From: a virus
DNA length: 64,000 nt
Reading direction: 5' to 3' (one strand)
IMG/VR virus record: IMGVR_UViG_3300033148_006102
Coordinates: 131,109-195,108 of that record
Part shown: positions 9,756-18,573 of the stretch, one piece after another
Layout: the number at the start of each line of letters is the position of its first letter
How positions within the stretch are numbered: position 1 is the stretch's first letter
Position numbers and translations under genes: made by a program
The notes under the pieces: model-generated
Database searches by the model: none
Told to the model about the DNA's origin: nothing
What the model saw: the letters and a program-made list of their open reading frames with translations, nothing else

Positions 9756-10618
9756 TGCATGACCCACTGCAAGTAGCCCGCAACGATACTGCGAGCATTC
9801 CGCAGACAGTAGAAGTGACGCCCGAAGGCACCTTCTTTGAGCCTATCGAAGTCACGGCCGTGAACGCTCGGAATATATTGATTCAATGGTTCTTGCTACC
9901 CACCAATGAAAACACGGCTACGCTCACGTACGAGATCTACCGAGCCTTTTCACGAGTTGGGCCATACACCCAGATCGGGACTGCACCTGGCACGCAATTT
10001 TACTTCTTAGATAATGACGTGCCAGCGGTCAGTAAATGGGATGAAGTTTGGTATCTGGTTGCTGCGATTCTGCCGGATTCAACTTTGCAGTATAGCGACC
10101 CGAATCATATGCGAGGGATCCCACCAGGCCGTATTCTGGCGATCAATGATCAAGCACGTATCGTTTACTGCACGCATAATGGTGTCGGGGTCCTGGTATA
10201 TAAACGACGACGAGAGGGTAATAAATGCGGTCTGTGTTGGGATGCTATTCAAGGCATTTCAACAGATGATGCATGTCCCATATGTTTTGGTACCGGATTG
10301 GTGCAGGGCTACTATCCGCCGGTTCGTACGCGCTGTTTAATCACGCCGACGATGCAAAAGATCGACTACCATTCGCACCAGCATGCGTCGGCGATTGCCC
10401 AAGCTAATATGCTGCGATATCCTCGAGTACAACCAAACGACGTCTTGTATGAAGAAAATAGCTCACGTTGGTGGTATGTGGGGACTGTCGCACCAAACGA
10501 AGATAATCGCATTTTGGTGACGCAAGACGTGACATTAAAGCAGGCCGATCCTCATGACAAGATTGTAGATTTGCTTGCCGCAGATGTTGCCGGAAACCTA
10601 CTTTTACCTGTTGTCTGA
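9755..10618 (+). CDS. Putative neck/head-closure protein with FN3-like N-terminus and CxxC...CxxC Zn finger
   Basis: CGLCWD...CPICFGTG; call also rests on synteny. Confidence 0.5.
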   Translation: MHDPLQVARNDTASIPQTVEVTPEGTFFEPIEVTAVNARNILIQWFLLPTNENTATLTYEIYRAFSRVGPYTQIGTAPGTQFYFLDNDVPAVSKWDEVWYLVAAILPDSTLQYSDPNHMRGIPPGRILAINDQARIVYCTHNGVGVLVYKRRREGNKCGLCWDAIQGISTDDACPICFGTGLVQGYYPPVRTRCLITPTMQKIDYHSHQHASAIAQANMLRYPRVQPNDVLYEENSSRWWYVGTVAPNEDNRILVTQDVTLKQADPHDKIVDLLAADVAGNLLLPVV

Positions 10619-10671
10619 CTACACTGATGGTGTACGTGTTTGCGTCAATTGTTTTGTTTCGGAGATAACAC

Positions 10672-11205
10672 ATGAGCGACCATGATCCTGCCACTGAGGC
10701 ACTGTTAGCTGATTTGCAGCACATCAACGAAACGCCTGCAATCAAGCTGGCTGAAGAAGTTGGTGCGCCTACAATCGGTATGGAGGCAGCCGATTATTTG
10801 GCCAACTCCATTGATGAGGATGCGAACCAAGTCAAGCAGGCAAATGATCTGCGTGAGGGCATCATTGACGACGAAACCCTGAAGCTCGCTGCGGAAAAAG
10901 CAGCTGAGGATAAAGGGGAAGACGATGATGAAGGGGAAGAGAAGGGCAAGAAAGCTCCTCCTTTCGGCAAGCAGCACGGAAAAGGCAAAGGCAAAGGTGA
11001 CTGCAAGATGGCGGAAGAAGAGGATCTTCCGTGGGGCAAAGAAGCGGCCGATTTGCCGCCGGCTCTCGATCTGGAATTCTGGACGCAGACTGGTCCAGAA
11101 GAGGTCACAACCAAGTTTGCCGAGGGCTTCATGGAAGAGCTGCAGTCCCACGGCGATGAGTTCGGCAAGGCCTATGACGATATCCTAGCCGTAGCAGTTC
11201 GGTAA
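10672..11205 (+). CDS. Acidic protein rich in K-x-A motifs (internal/scaffold-like)
   Basis: Eight K-x-A motifs in 177 aa; GGAG SD. Confidence 0.65.
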   Translation: MSDHDPATEALLADLQHINETPAIKLAEEVGAPTIGMEAADYLANSIDEDANQVKQANDLREGIIDDETLKLAAEKAAEDKGEDDDEGEEKGKKAPPFGKQHGKGKGKGDCKMAEEEDLPWGKEAADLPPALDLEFWTQTGPEEVTTKFAEGFMEELQSHGDEFGKAYDDILAVAVR

Positions 11206-11216
11206 ATATCGTCAAT

Positions 11217-11239
11217 CTGGTGTTATGCCATAATCCCAG
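11217..11239 (+). promoter_or_regulatory. 23-bp quasi-palindrome, copy 2 (intergenic)
   Basis: CTGGTGTTAT GCC ATAATCCCAG, ending 8 nt before the ATG at 11248. Confidence 0.8.
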
Positions 11240-11247
11240 GTAAGCTC

Positions 11248-11910
11248 ATGGCTATTCGAGTTTGGAGATATCACGTTGACATCGAGCGCAGGCGTCCTCT
11301 TACACAAGGGGCGCCTGGCTCTGCCAGCGATATGCCTGGCGATCAGGAATTGGAGCTCAAGCTTCAGCAACTCGGGTCGCGGGCAACCGGTTTACTCAAT
11401 TACACAGCTGCGCCTCTCACCACAGAAACTTTCACCATTAATGACGGTGATACTGTTCCGGGCGGTTATACGTTTGAGTACGATACGTCACGTCGTGCCG
11501 AAAATGGTGCATTGCTTTCTAGCGGCAATACTGCCATTGACATCTCTGCAGATCCGACGAATCTTCATTACGCGATGGAGCAAACGGTCAAGGCTATCAA
11601 TGTCTGCCCCGTTAAAGTTTCTGCGAAGATATACACGGAGCAGGACACTTCTGGTGCTGGTGGTGCGCCAAACGGCATTATTCAATTGATCCATCATAAA
11701 CCTGGTGTAATTGGTAATAAGGCGCTTGCCGAGGCCAGTACAGTAATGACAGTTACTGGTATGTCTGATGGCGGTAATGCGCCGACAGCTGTAAACACGC
11801 TTTCTGCACAGTTCCTTGGTACAGAAGGTACCACTTTTGTAATCGTCTGGGATGACGCCGCTGTTGCTAAGCGCGCGCCCGGAGATGAAGCGACGACCTT
11901 CCCACCATAG
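11248..11910 (+). CDS. Virion surface protein sharing a domain with the tail-sheath insertions
   Basis: ATG..T....TINDG...YTFEYD...GN.AIDIS...AIN...G.IGN...T.MSDG pattern matches the sheath insert domains. Confidence 0.55.
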   Translation: MAIRVWRYHVDIERRRPLTQGAPGSASDMPGDQELELKLQQLGSRATGLLNYTAAPLTTETFTINDGDTVPGGYTFEYDTSRRAENGALLSSGNTAIDISADPTNLHYAMEQTVKAINVCPVKVSAKIYTEQDTSGAGGAPNGIIQLIHHKPGVIGNKALAEASTVMTVTGMSDGGNAPTAVNTLSAQFLGTEGTTFVIVWDDAAVAKRAPGDEATTFPP

Positions 11911-11922
11911 TAGAGATGTCCG

Positions 11923-12621
11923 ATGGCCAATGACCCAGTTGCGTACCAAGAGCAGCTCATTGGGCAGGTTGGACTTGATGAGGATCTGCTCAACAATGAG
12001 ATGTTGAGGCCGCTGGCTTTTGCCCGCCGCTTAATTGTCGACGGGATTAAGGGTATGTTTTCCCAAGAATGGTGGGGACCAAATAATACTTGCCGTAATC
12101 CCTTTATCTTCAAATCCAAGGACGGCGATAATGCACCAGATAGCCTGCTACATATTCACGTGGAGCAGGCTGAAGAACAGACGCTCGAAGATGGCCGGTA
12201 TTACATTATCGTGGCAAGCGGACCGACGGCGTTTGAACGTACAGCTATCGGTAATTTCGCTGGTAATATGATCGCAACACCAAGTGATCGTGGCGACTAC
12301 ACCGCTATGGTCAGTTCGTCGGTGAACATCACGTGTAAGGCAAAGAAGTGGCCGAAGGCAGAATTGCTTGCGCAGTACGTGGCGCTATTTCTATTGTTCT
12401 TCCAACCAATTCTTCGTCACCGGAGTGCCGCCTTCTCTGTTGGGAATCCGACGGTTTCTGCTAAACAGATAAGTGACGATACCGGGTCACAGTCACAGCG
12501 AAATGACTATGTTGTTAGCATGCCAGTGTCAATGTCTTTGACGTGGACCCTAGCAGACGAAAACATGGACTTGTTGAGGAAAATCGCTACTCAAGAGGGC
12601 TTTCCTCCAAATTGCGTATAA
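11923..12621 (+). CDS. Putative tail terminator/completion protein
   Basis: Immediately upstream of the sheath; beta-rich; call rests on synteny. Confidence 0.45.
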   Translation: MANDPVAYQEQLIGQVGLDEDLLNNEMLRPLAFARRLIVDGIKGMFSQEWWGPNNTCRNPFIFKSKDGDNAPDSLLHIHVEQAEEQTLEDGRYYIIVASGPTAFERTAIGNFAGNMIATPSDRGDYTAMVSSSVNITCKAKKWPKAELLAQYVALFLLFFQPILRHRSAAFSVGNPTVSAKQISDDTGSQSQRNDYVVSMPVSMSLTWTLADENMDLLRKIATQEGFPPNCV

Positions 12622-12630
12622 GGTGAGAAC

Positions 12631-15462
12631 ATGGCAAATCCCGGAGCTATTCGTCGTCCATTTGTTGACGTGTATCAGATCTACCGGCAGTCGACACCGA
12701 TCCTGCCACGTGTGGATCTGCCTGTTGTTGTGATCGGTTTGTGCCGGCAGGTTGTGTACGAAGAAAGCGCGGGTTCGCATGCGCTGGGTTCGACAACTGT
12801 GCTAAATATTCCAGGCATCACAACCTACAGTGCGTCCATAGTTGACGTGGCCGCGATTGGTGGCGAGTACGTTGCACAGAATTCGGACGGTTCGCGCGAT
12901 AGTGTGTCTTCGCCAGCGCTTCCACAACTGTTCTTTGTCGATCCTACATACGGCCGTTATACACTTCAGAGTACAGACTTTACCGTTAACGCGTCGGCTG
13001 GAACTGTTACGATCGCATCGGGATTGAATCCTGTTTACGATATTTTGACGGGCACACGTGGCGCGTACAGTGCAGAAGGCGTGTCTCCAGCCGTAGGCGC
13101 CCAACGCGTCTTTACGGACACCAATGTTCCGTCCACCTACGGCGATTTTGTTACAGCTGGTGTGGCGGCAGGTGACCAGATCGTCCTGGCTGATGGCAAT
13201 ACTTTTGATGTGGTATCAGTCGTAAATGATTTCACACTGATTGTCACGGATGGCGCTGGTTCTACCTTAACACCGACCAGTACTGGCACGAATCAATCTT
13301 ACACGGTTCGTAAGACCATGACGTCAGGCTCAGGTACGATTCTGATGTCTTACGCCGCGAATCGTAGCGACTACGCGAACCAGTTGCTCGAGCTCACCAA
13401 CCAGAACGAAGTCTTTGATGTGCTGGGACCATCTATTCCGCTGAATCCATTGGCGATGGCGGTAGATTTGGTGATGCGCAATTCACAAACGCGTGTATTC
13501 GCGTTGATGCTATCAAGTGACGATCTTACAGGTCACTTGGCTGCGTTGGATGTGTTAACGAATAGTCGTGATGTTTACGGTCTAGTTCCACTGACTGAGG
13601 ATCAGACTATTTTGGCGGAATACTTGACGCATGTTCTCGCCATGTCGGACCCGATTAAGGCACGTGAACGCGTGTTATGGCGTACCGCATACATGGTTGT
13701 TCAGGCGACACGTGACGCCGCTGAATCTTTCCATTCAGTCGCTGTAACCGGCGTCGACAACGAGACTGTTACATTCTCCGTTACGCCGGGTAATTCGAAC
13801 ATCCAGAATTTCGGCGTTGTTGTGGGCGATGTACTGACAGATAACGAAACTGGTGGTACTGGGCGTATTTTGGCTGTTACGCCAGCGGGCGCAGCAGTCG
13901 ATGATGACTGCGTGCTTACAATAGCAGTACCAAACACCATTCCTGACAATGCTGTTGCCGCGACCGGCGCTTTCACATGCCAAGATGGCGACAAATTTAA
14001 CGATGGTGATTACCTTGAGCTGATCGATGGTGAAGGTACCACAAAGCGTTTTGAGTTCGACAAAACCGGACTTAACACGCCTGGTGCCGGTAACATCGAA
14101 ATCGATATTTCAACGGCGGCTACTTCAGCCGCGGCAAATGACGGCGATTTCACCTGCGACGTGAAAGCAAACTTTGCTAACAATGAATGGGTGCGCATAG
14201 AAGACGTACTGGGTAACCAATCAACGTATGAAGTCAAGAAGGACGGTACGTTTGTACAGAGCGTGTCCGGCAGCATTGTTGTCGATATTTCGGGTGTCGG
14301 CGTTGTGTCCGGTGCAGATGTCGCGGATGAATTCCGTACGGCTATTACCAACGACACCACGATAAATATCACGCCAAGTGGTGCGACAGCTGTTGTGGCG
14401 ATGGCGCAGGATGGCGAAAGCACGGACGGCAATACAACGGTAACGCTCGGTGGCACACCAACCGGTCTATTAGGTAAGACCGATTTTTCGAATGGTGCCG
14501 ACGGTACTGCTGCAGAGATTGTTCCGATCGTGAATGCGGCCATCATCGCGACTGGCATCAAGATCACGACGGACATCACTGGTACGCCGATTAACGCGTT
14601 GACCCAGCAGATCTTGGGCGCGGCTGGTAACACAGCTTCACCGACGTACACACCATTTGCGTCTGGTACTGGTATCACAGCCATCACGACCTTCTCCGGT
14701 GGCACTGGCTCGAACTGGGTTGATTGGATTATCCAGAGTCAGGCGTTGACCACTGATCAACAGGCCATAGCAATTGCGCAGCACACAGATGATATGGACT
14801 GCATGCGCGTGCGGAACCTGTGGCCGGATGACATGGATATGGTCTTCGGTGATACGTCTGCGGGTATTACAGCACAGTCAGGTGCCGGCTTCTGGGGCGG
14901 CGATGATGTTATCTGGCTGAACGCCGGTGGTTATTGGGGTTGCCTGATGGAGGCTGCGAAGCGTGCTCGGATTCGTCCGGGTCTGCCGCTTACCGGTCAG
15001 CCAGGCGCAGGTATCTTCCGTCTCCGCGGCGTTGAAGATAGGTTTACGCGCGACCAGCTTGATCGCATTGTATCTACTGGTACGTACTTGCTTGAGCAGC
15101 CTACGGGCGAAGGTGGCGCAGTATCAGCTGTTATCGCGACTACGTCCGATGACAGTGATTTGAGTGTGGCCTACGAGATGGGTATCTCGCAGGTTGACTT
15201 GTATACCAAACTGTTGCGCCGTACGGTACGGCCGCTGTTTGGACGGCACGCGCTGGACTCCAACTTCTTGGCGGTTCTTGGAGCCAAGGCTGAGGCAGTT
15301 GGTAATCTAATGACGCGTCCGGAAGCACAGAACGCAGAATCAGTCAGCATTCGTTCACTGACACGTGATCCGAACAATCGTGATCAGATCATCATGGATG
15401 TGAACTTTGTGCAGCTATCGGCGGCGAATGGCGGGGTCGTACGGATCTACGTCACAGCATAA
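12631..15462 (+). CDS. Tail sheath protein with large inserted domains
   Basis: 943 aa, Thr/Gly/Val-rich; sheath-like core (NPLAMAV, YGLVPLT, RER; C-terminal FTRDQLD...QVD...FGR); followed by a tube-sized gene. Confidence 0.72.
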   Translation: MANPGAIRRPFVDVYQIYRQSTPILPRVDLPVVVIGLCRQVVYEESAGSHALGSTTVLNIPGITTYSASIVDVAAIGGEYVAQNSDGSRDSVSSPALPQLFFVDPTYGRYTLQSTDFTVNASAGTVTIASGLNPVYDILTGTRGAYSAEGVSPAVGAQRVFTDTNVPSTYGDFVTAGVAAGDQIVLADGNTFDVVSVVNDFTLIVTDGAGSTLTPTSTGTNQSYTVRKTMTSGSGTILMSYAANRSDYANQLLELTNQNEVFDVLGPSIPLNPLAMAVDLVMRNSQTRVFALMLSSDDLTGHLAALDVLTNSRDVYGLVPLTEDQTILAEYLTHVLAMSDPIKARERVLWRTAYMVVQATRDAAESFHSVAVTGVDNETVTFSVTPGNSNIQNFGVVVGDVLTDNETGGTGRILAVTPAGAAVDDDCVLTIAVPNTIPDNAVAATGAFTCQDGDKFNDGDYLELIDGEGTTKRFEFDKTGLNTPGAGNIEIDISTAATSAAANDGDFTCDVKANFANNEWVRIEDVLGNQSTYEVKKDGTFVQSVSGSIVVDISGVGVVSGADVADEFRTAITNDTTINITPSGATAVVAMAQDGESTDGNTTVTLGGTPTGLLGKTDFSNGADGTAAEIVPIVNAAIIATGIKITTDITGTPINALTQQILGAAGNTASPTYTPFASGTGITAITTFSGGTGSNWVDWIIQSQALTTDQQAIAIAQHTDDMDCMRVRNLWPDDMDMVFGDTSAGITAQSGAGFWGGDDVIWLNAGGYWGCLMEAAKRARIRPGLPLTGQPGAGIFRLRGVEDRFTRDQLDRIVSTGTYLLEQPTGEGGAVSAVIATTSDDSDLSVAYEMGISQVDLYTKLLRRTVRPLFGRHALDSNFLAVLGAKAEAVGNLMTRPEAQNAESVSIRSLTRDPNNRDQIIMDVNFVQLSAANGGVVRIYVTA

Positions 15463-15474
15463 CGAGGATTCACA

Positions 15475-16254
15475 ATGGCATGCATTGAAACTTGGAACTG
15501 GGCTAGTCAGCACGTACAGACCGAGATCAAGAACGGACGTTATGTGTCCGCAGAATCTGCTTTGGTTCTCGCAGGACCGCCGCGCATTGACATGCTCGAA
15601 GGTATTGACCCAGGTGTAGAAACACTTGGTGCGTCGTCAGTAGCGTTGGGCCAGGAACGTGAGAATAATGCTGAGTTATTCGGCATAGGACTGATGTCCG
15701 ACTTCAACGTCACACAGAATCACCCGCTACGCCGACTCTTCGAGATTGGTTCGAAGCGTTCGTACTTCATTGTTGGCCGTACATTCACACGGTTCCAGAT
15801 GGGCCGCGTGAAGTTCTATGGTCCGTCGTTACTACGTGTGCTGTACGCTTACTACCCGCTTGATCGTATCCTGCATGATGCTGCTGCCAGTGCATTGTAT
15901 CTGTACTCCCCGCGTGCTGATTGGGGCGAGGACAATCCTGCGCAAATCAAAGCATACGACGCACCAGGTTATGGTGACGATCGTAGCAAGGATGCGACCG
16001 GCAAGTCGAATCGTGATTTCTGGATCAATTTCCAGTCGCAGATCTTCAGTCAGCCGCTGGGAATTTGCGTCCTGCTCAGAACTGCCGATGATTACAACTA
16101 CGGCGCGTTCTACATGCAGAACACATATCTCGAAAATCATACTTTCAATATCAACTCTGATCAGGTTATGATGGCCGAAGCAGTTACAGGCGAGTCAGAC
16201 AACATACGCCCGATTCAGTTGTTGAGTCAGGAAGAGACGCTCGCCGCGGCCTAG
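15475..16254 (+). CDS. Tail tube protein (putative)
   Basis: Directly follows the sheath; GL...Q....LFEIGSKRSY..GR motif is typical of contractile-tail tube proteins. Confidence 0.62.
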   Translation: MACIETWNWASQHVQTEIKNGRYVSAESALVLAGPPRIDMLEGIDPGVETLGASSVALGQERENNAELFGIGLMSDFNVTQNHPLRRLFEIGSKRSYFIVGRTFTRFQMGRVKFYGPSLLRVLYAYYPLDRILHDAAASALYLYSPRADWGEDNPAQIKAYDAPGYGDDRSKDATGKSNRDFWINFQSQIFSQPLGICVLLRTADDYNYGAFYMQNTYLENHTFNINSDQVMMAEAVTGESDNIRPIQLLSQEETLAAA

Positions 16255-16269
16255 TAGCCTGAGGCAAAT

Positions 16270-16815
16270 ATGAGTGATAAGCCGCCGATCGATGTCTTCG
16301 GCGAAGAGGACATTGATCCAAACGACAGCTCGATAAAAGAGTTGTTCCCCACCTTTGAGGTGCCGGTAGACAGCGCTTTCGCCATAAACCAGGCGGAAGG
16401 CCAGCTGGATACCTATGGTAAAATTTCTAAGAAATATCTTCGGCTAGCCGTCGTCCAGGTCGACATGGGGGCAACAAATCCCCATGGCGTACCTGGTGGT
16501 GAAATGGGCTGCGCTACGATCCATTACGTACCTTATATGGTGATGGAGAAACAGGCTGCTTCGACGATGGGGCCGATGCCTAGTCATGAATATGTTCCAC
16601 TGGGTGGCAAACAAACAATGACGCTGCCGTATTTTGCGTTCGACGAACACGCCGCCGGTAAGTGGGAGAATGTATCCCTCAAACAGATAGACAGCTGGTT
16701 TACGGAGTTGATAGCCAGTGCAGAGGTATTGCCACGCGTTCCGCTGCCGAAGCAGTTGTTGGCAATGGGTGACATGTTGCCGAAGATCCTGAAGGATCGT
16801 ATGCCGGAGAGCTGA
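16270..16815 (+). CDS. Hypothetical protein
   Basis: 181-aa ORF with GAGG SD. Confidence 0.7.
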   Translation: MSDKPPIDVFGEEDIDPNDSSIKELFPTFEVPVDSAFAINQAEGQLDTYGKISKKYLRLAVVQVDMGATNPHGVPGGEMGCATIHYVPYMVMEKQAASTMGPMPSHEYVPLGGKQTMTLPYFAFDEHAAGKWENVSLKQIDSWFTELIASAEVLPRVPLPKQLLAMGDMLPKILKDRMPES

Positions 16816-16816
16816 T

Positions 16817-17017
16817 ATGGAAAAGTACGGCGTTGTAGACAAGTGTCCAGTGTGCCATAAACCGATCAATGTTGAACGGGTTAAAGTGGCGAACAAATTC
16901 GAGCATTACGAAGAAACCCAGAGGAGTTGTACACGATGTGGATACCGGGATGTGGTGGACCATCAGAAAATGGCCCCGTTGCGAGAAACCGACGATACCG
17001 GCATAGGCGGGGTCTAG
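16817..17017 (+). CDS. Small Zn-ribbon protein
   Basis: CPVC...CTRC; GGAG SD. Confidence 0.65.
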   Translation: MEKYGVVDKCPVCHKPINVERVKVANKFEHYEETQRSCTRCGYRDVVDHQKMAPLRETDDTGIGGV

Positions 17018-17034
17018 GTAACGTAACGTGTACT

Positions 17035-17511
17035 ATGACGCCGAAAGTAGCCGCTCGGTTGTACGACGCGGCTAGCATGTACAAAGATGTATCTCAAGCG
17101 CGTATCGTGCGCTGGCTGCTGTACGACTACATCAGAGATCCATTTCCTTTAAAGGTTGATCGATCCATTGAGCGTAGAGAGCTCACCTTTTTACTAGAAG
17201 CCGAACCATATCATAAGCTGCGCCAGATGAAGGCGGAGCACGGGAGCCTGCGGCATGTATATGGAGCTATCGTAGAAGCAGCGTACGATTGGCTATACGA
17301 TGTCGCTTGGATGGAACATGAAGATTATGTGACGCTGTGTAGGTTGAAGACTTATGACGATCCAGGATCTTTCACCGAGGGAACAGCAGATTTTCGCCGA
17401 AACACTGAAAGGGGCACGCTTCAAGTTCCCGGAAAGCGGCGAATTCAACTCGCATATTGGCCGTTTTCATTACGTCACCAACAAGGCCGAACAGCTACAG
17501 TTGTTTGGTAA
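17035..17511 (+). CDS. Putative tandem ribbon-helix-helix DNA-binding protein
   Basis: Two short strand-helix-helix-like segments; the start was chosen by eye. Confidence 0.35.
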   Translation: MTPKVAARLYDAASMYKDVSQARIVRWLLYDYIRDPFPLKVDRSIERRELTFLLEAEPYHKLRQMKAEHGSLRHVYGAIVEAAYDWLYDVAWMEHEDYVTLCRLKTYDDPGSFTEGTADFRRNTERGTLQVPGKRRIQLAYWPFSLRHQQGRTATVVW

Positions 17512-17800
17512 TAGCAACGCTTCGGATAAAACGGAGAAGTCAGAAACCTGGCGAATTCGTATCAGCGTGAATTATACGAAGCCAGCTTATTTCGAAGCCT
17601 TCCAACGTTGGGTCGTCGAATTTGTGCAAAAGCATTTTGACAAGATGCAGATCATTGGTAGGATCGTACACGAGACCGGAGAAGATCTCGGGATCAAACC
17701 GCAGGCGGATTTGCTTCTGGAGATGATTCCACCTCGTCAGGTCGATCTGGTCCGGGAAACATTGTTGCAAGGTATAATGGAGCATTTTGGAAAAGAATGA
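17354..17800 (+). CDS. Hypothetical protein (overlaps the previous ORF by about 158 nt)
   Basis: 148 aa; coupled to the sigma gene via ATGA. Confidence 0.6.
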   Translation: MTIQDLSPREQQIFAETLKGARFKFPESGEFNSHIGRFHYVTNKAEQLQLFGNSNASDKTEKSETWRIRISVNYTKPAYFEAFQRWVVEFVQKHFDKMQIIGRIVHETGEDLGIKPQADLLLEMIPPRQVDLVRETLLQGIMEHFGKE

Positions 17801-18573
17801 TTCAACCGGCTAGGCTGGAGCCTGACTCCCCACTAGCCCAATTCTTCAGGGATACGTCTGGCAGTGTAGTCCTGAATAAGACCGACGAGCGACATCTACT
17901 CTACTTAGCTCAAATCGGAGAATCCAAAGCTGCGCAAAAGCTGGCGTTTGCGAATTTGCGTCTGGTCATTACGATCGTTTCCGCGTTCTTCAAGAAGTAT
18001 CAGCCTCATCGTTCCAAGCCCGAATCACTGTTCCTTGACTGCGTAATGGCAGGTGTTGAGGGCGTTTACAAGGCCGCGGGTAAATTTGACATTACCAAGG
18101 GTACAAAGTTTTCTACCTACGTGGTATGGTGGATAAAACATTATGTGCGCAGTGAACTGGTGTTTGACCGCAATGCCACGCAGCCAATCCGGGTTTTGAC
18201 AGACATGTCAAAAATCCAGACAGCTATCGTGGACCACGATTCAGTACCAGATTTGGCGGATACCTACGTTGCGCGGGATTTGCCGGCGGAAGATGTCGAT
18301 TACGACACACCGAAGATAACTTGGGAAATGGTGGAATTACTCGAGACCTGTGAAGAGTTGAGCAGTAAGCACCGCAAGATCTTGACAGAACATTACGGCC
18401 TCTACAATGTGAATCCCAAGACCTACAAGGCATTAGCACAGGAAATGGGCCTCACTACCGAGCGCGTTCGTCAGCTCGAAAATGAGGCCCTTCGTATCCT
18501 GTACTTAAAGATGTCAAAGCCTGCGTTCAACCGGCTAGAGGACACGTTCGAAGAGCATGGGTGTCTGGTCTAG
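17797..18573 (+). CDS. Phage sigma70-family RNA polymerase sigma factor
   Basis: Region 2 (NLRLV...G..KA..KFD..KG.KFSTY..WWI) and region 4 HTH (TYKALAQEMGLTTERVRQLE..AL). Confidence 0.9.
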   Translation: MIQPARLEPDSPLAQFFRDTSGSVVLNKTDERHLLYLAQIGESKAAQKLAFANLRLVITIVSAFFKKYQPHRSKPESLFLDCVMAGVEGVYKAAGKFDITKGTKFSTYVVWWIKHYVRSELVFDRNATQPIRVLTDMSKIQTAIVDHDSVPDLADTYVARDLPAEDVDYDTPKITWEMVELLETCEELSSKHRKILTEHYGLYNVNPKTYKALAQEMGLTTERVRQLENEALRILYLKMSKPAFNRLEDTFEEHGCLV

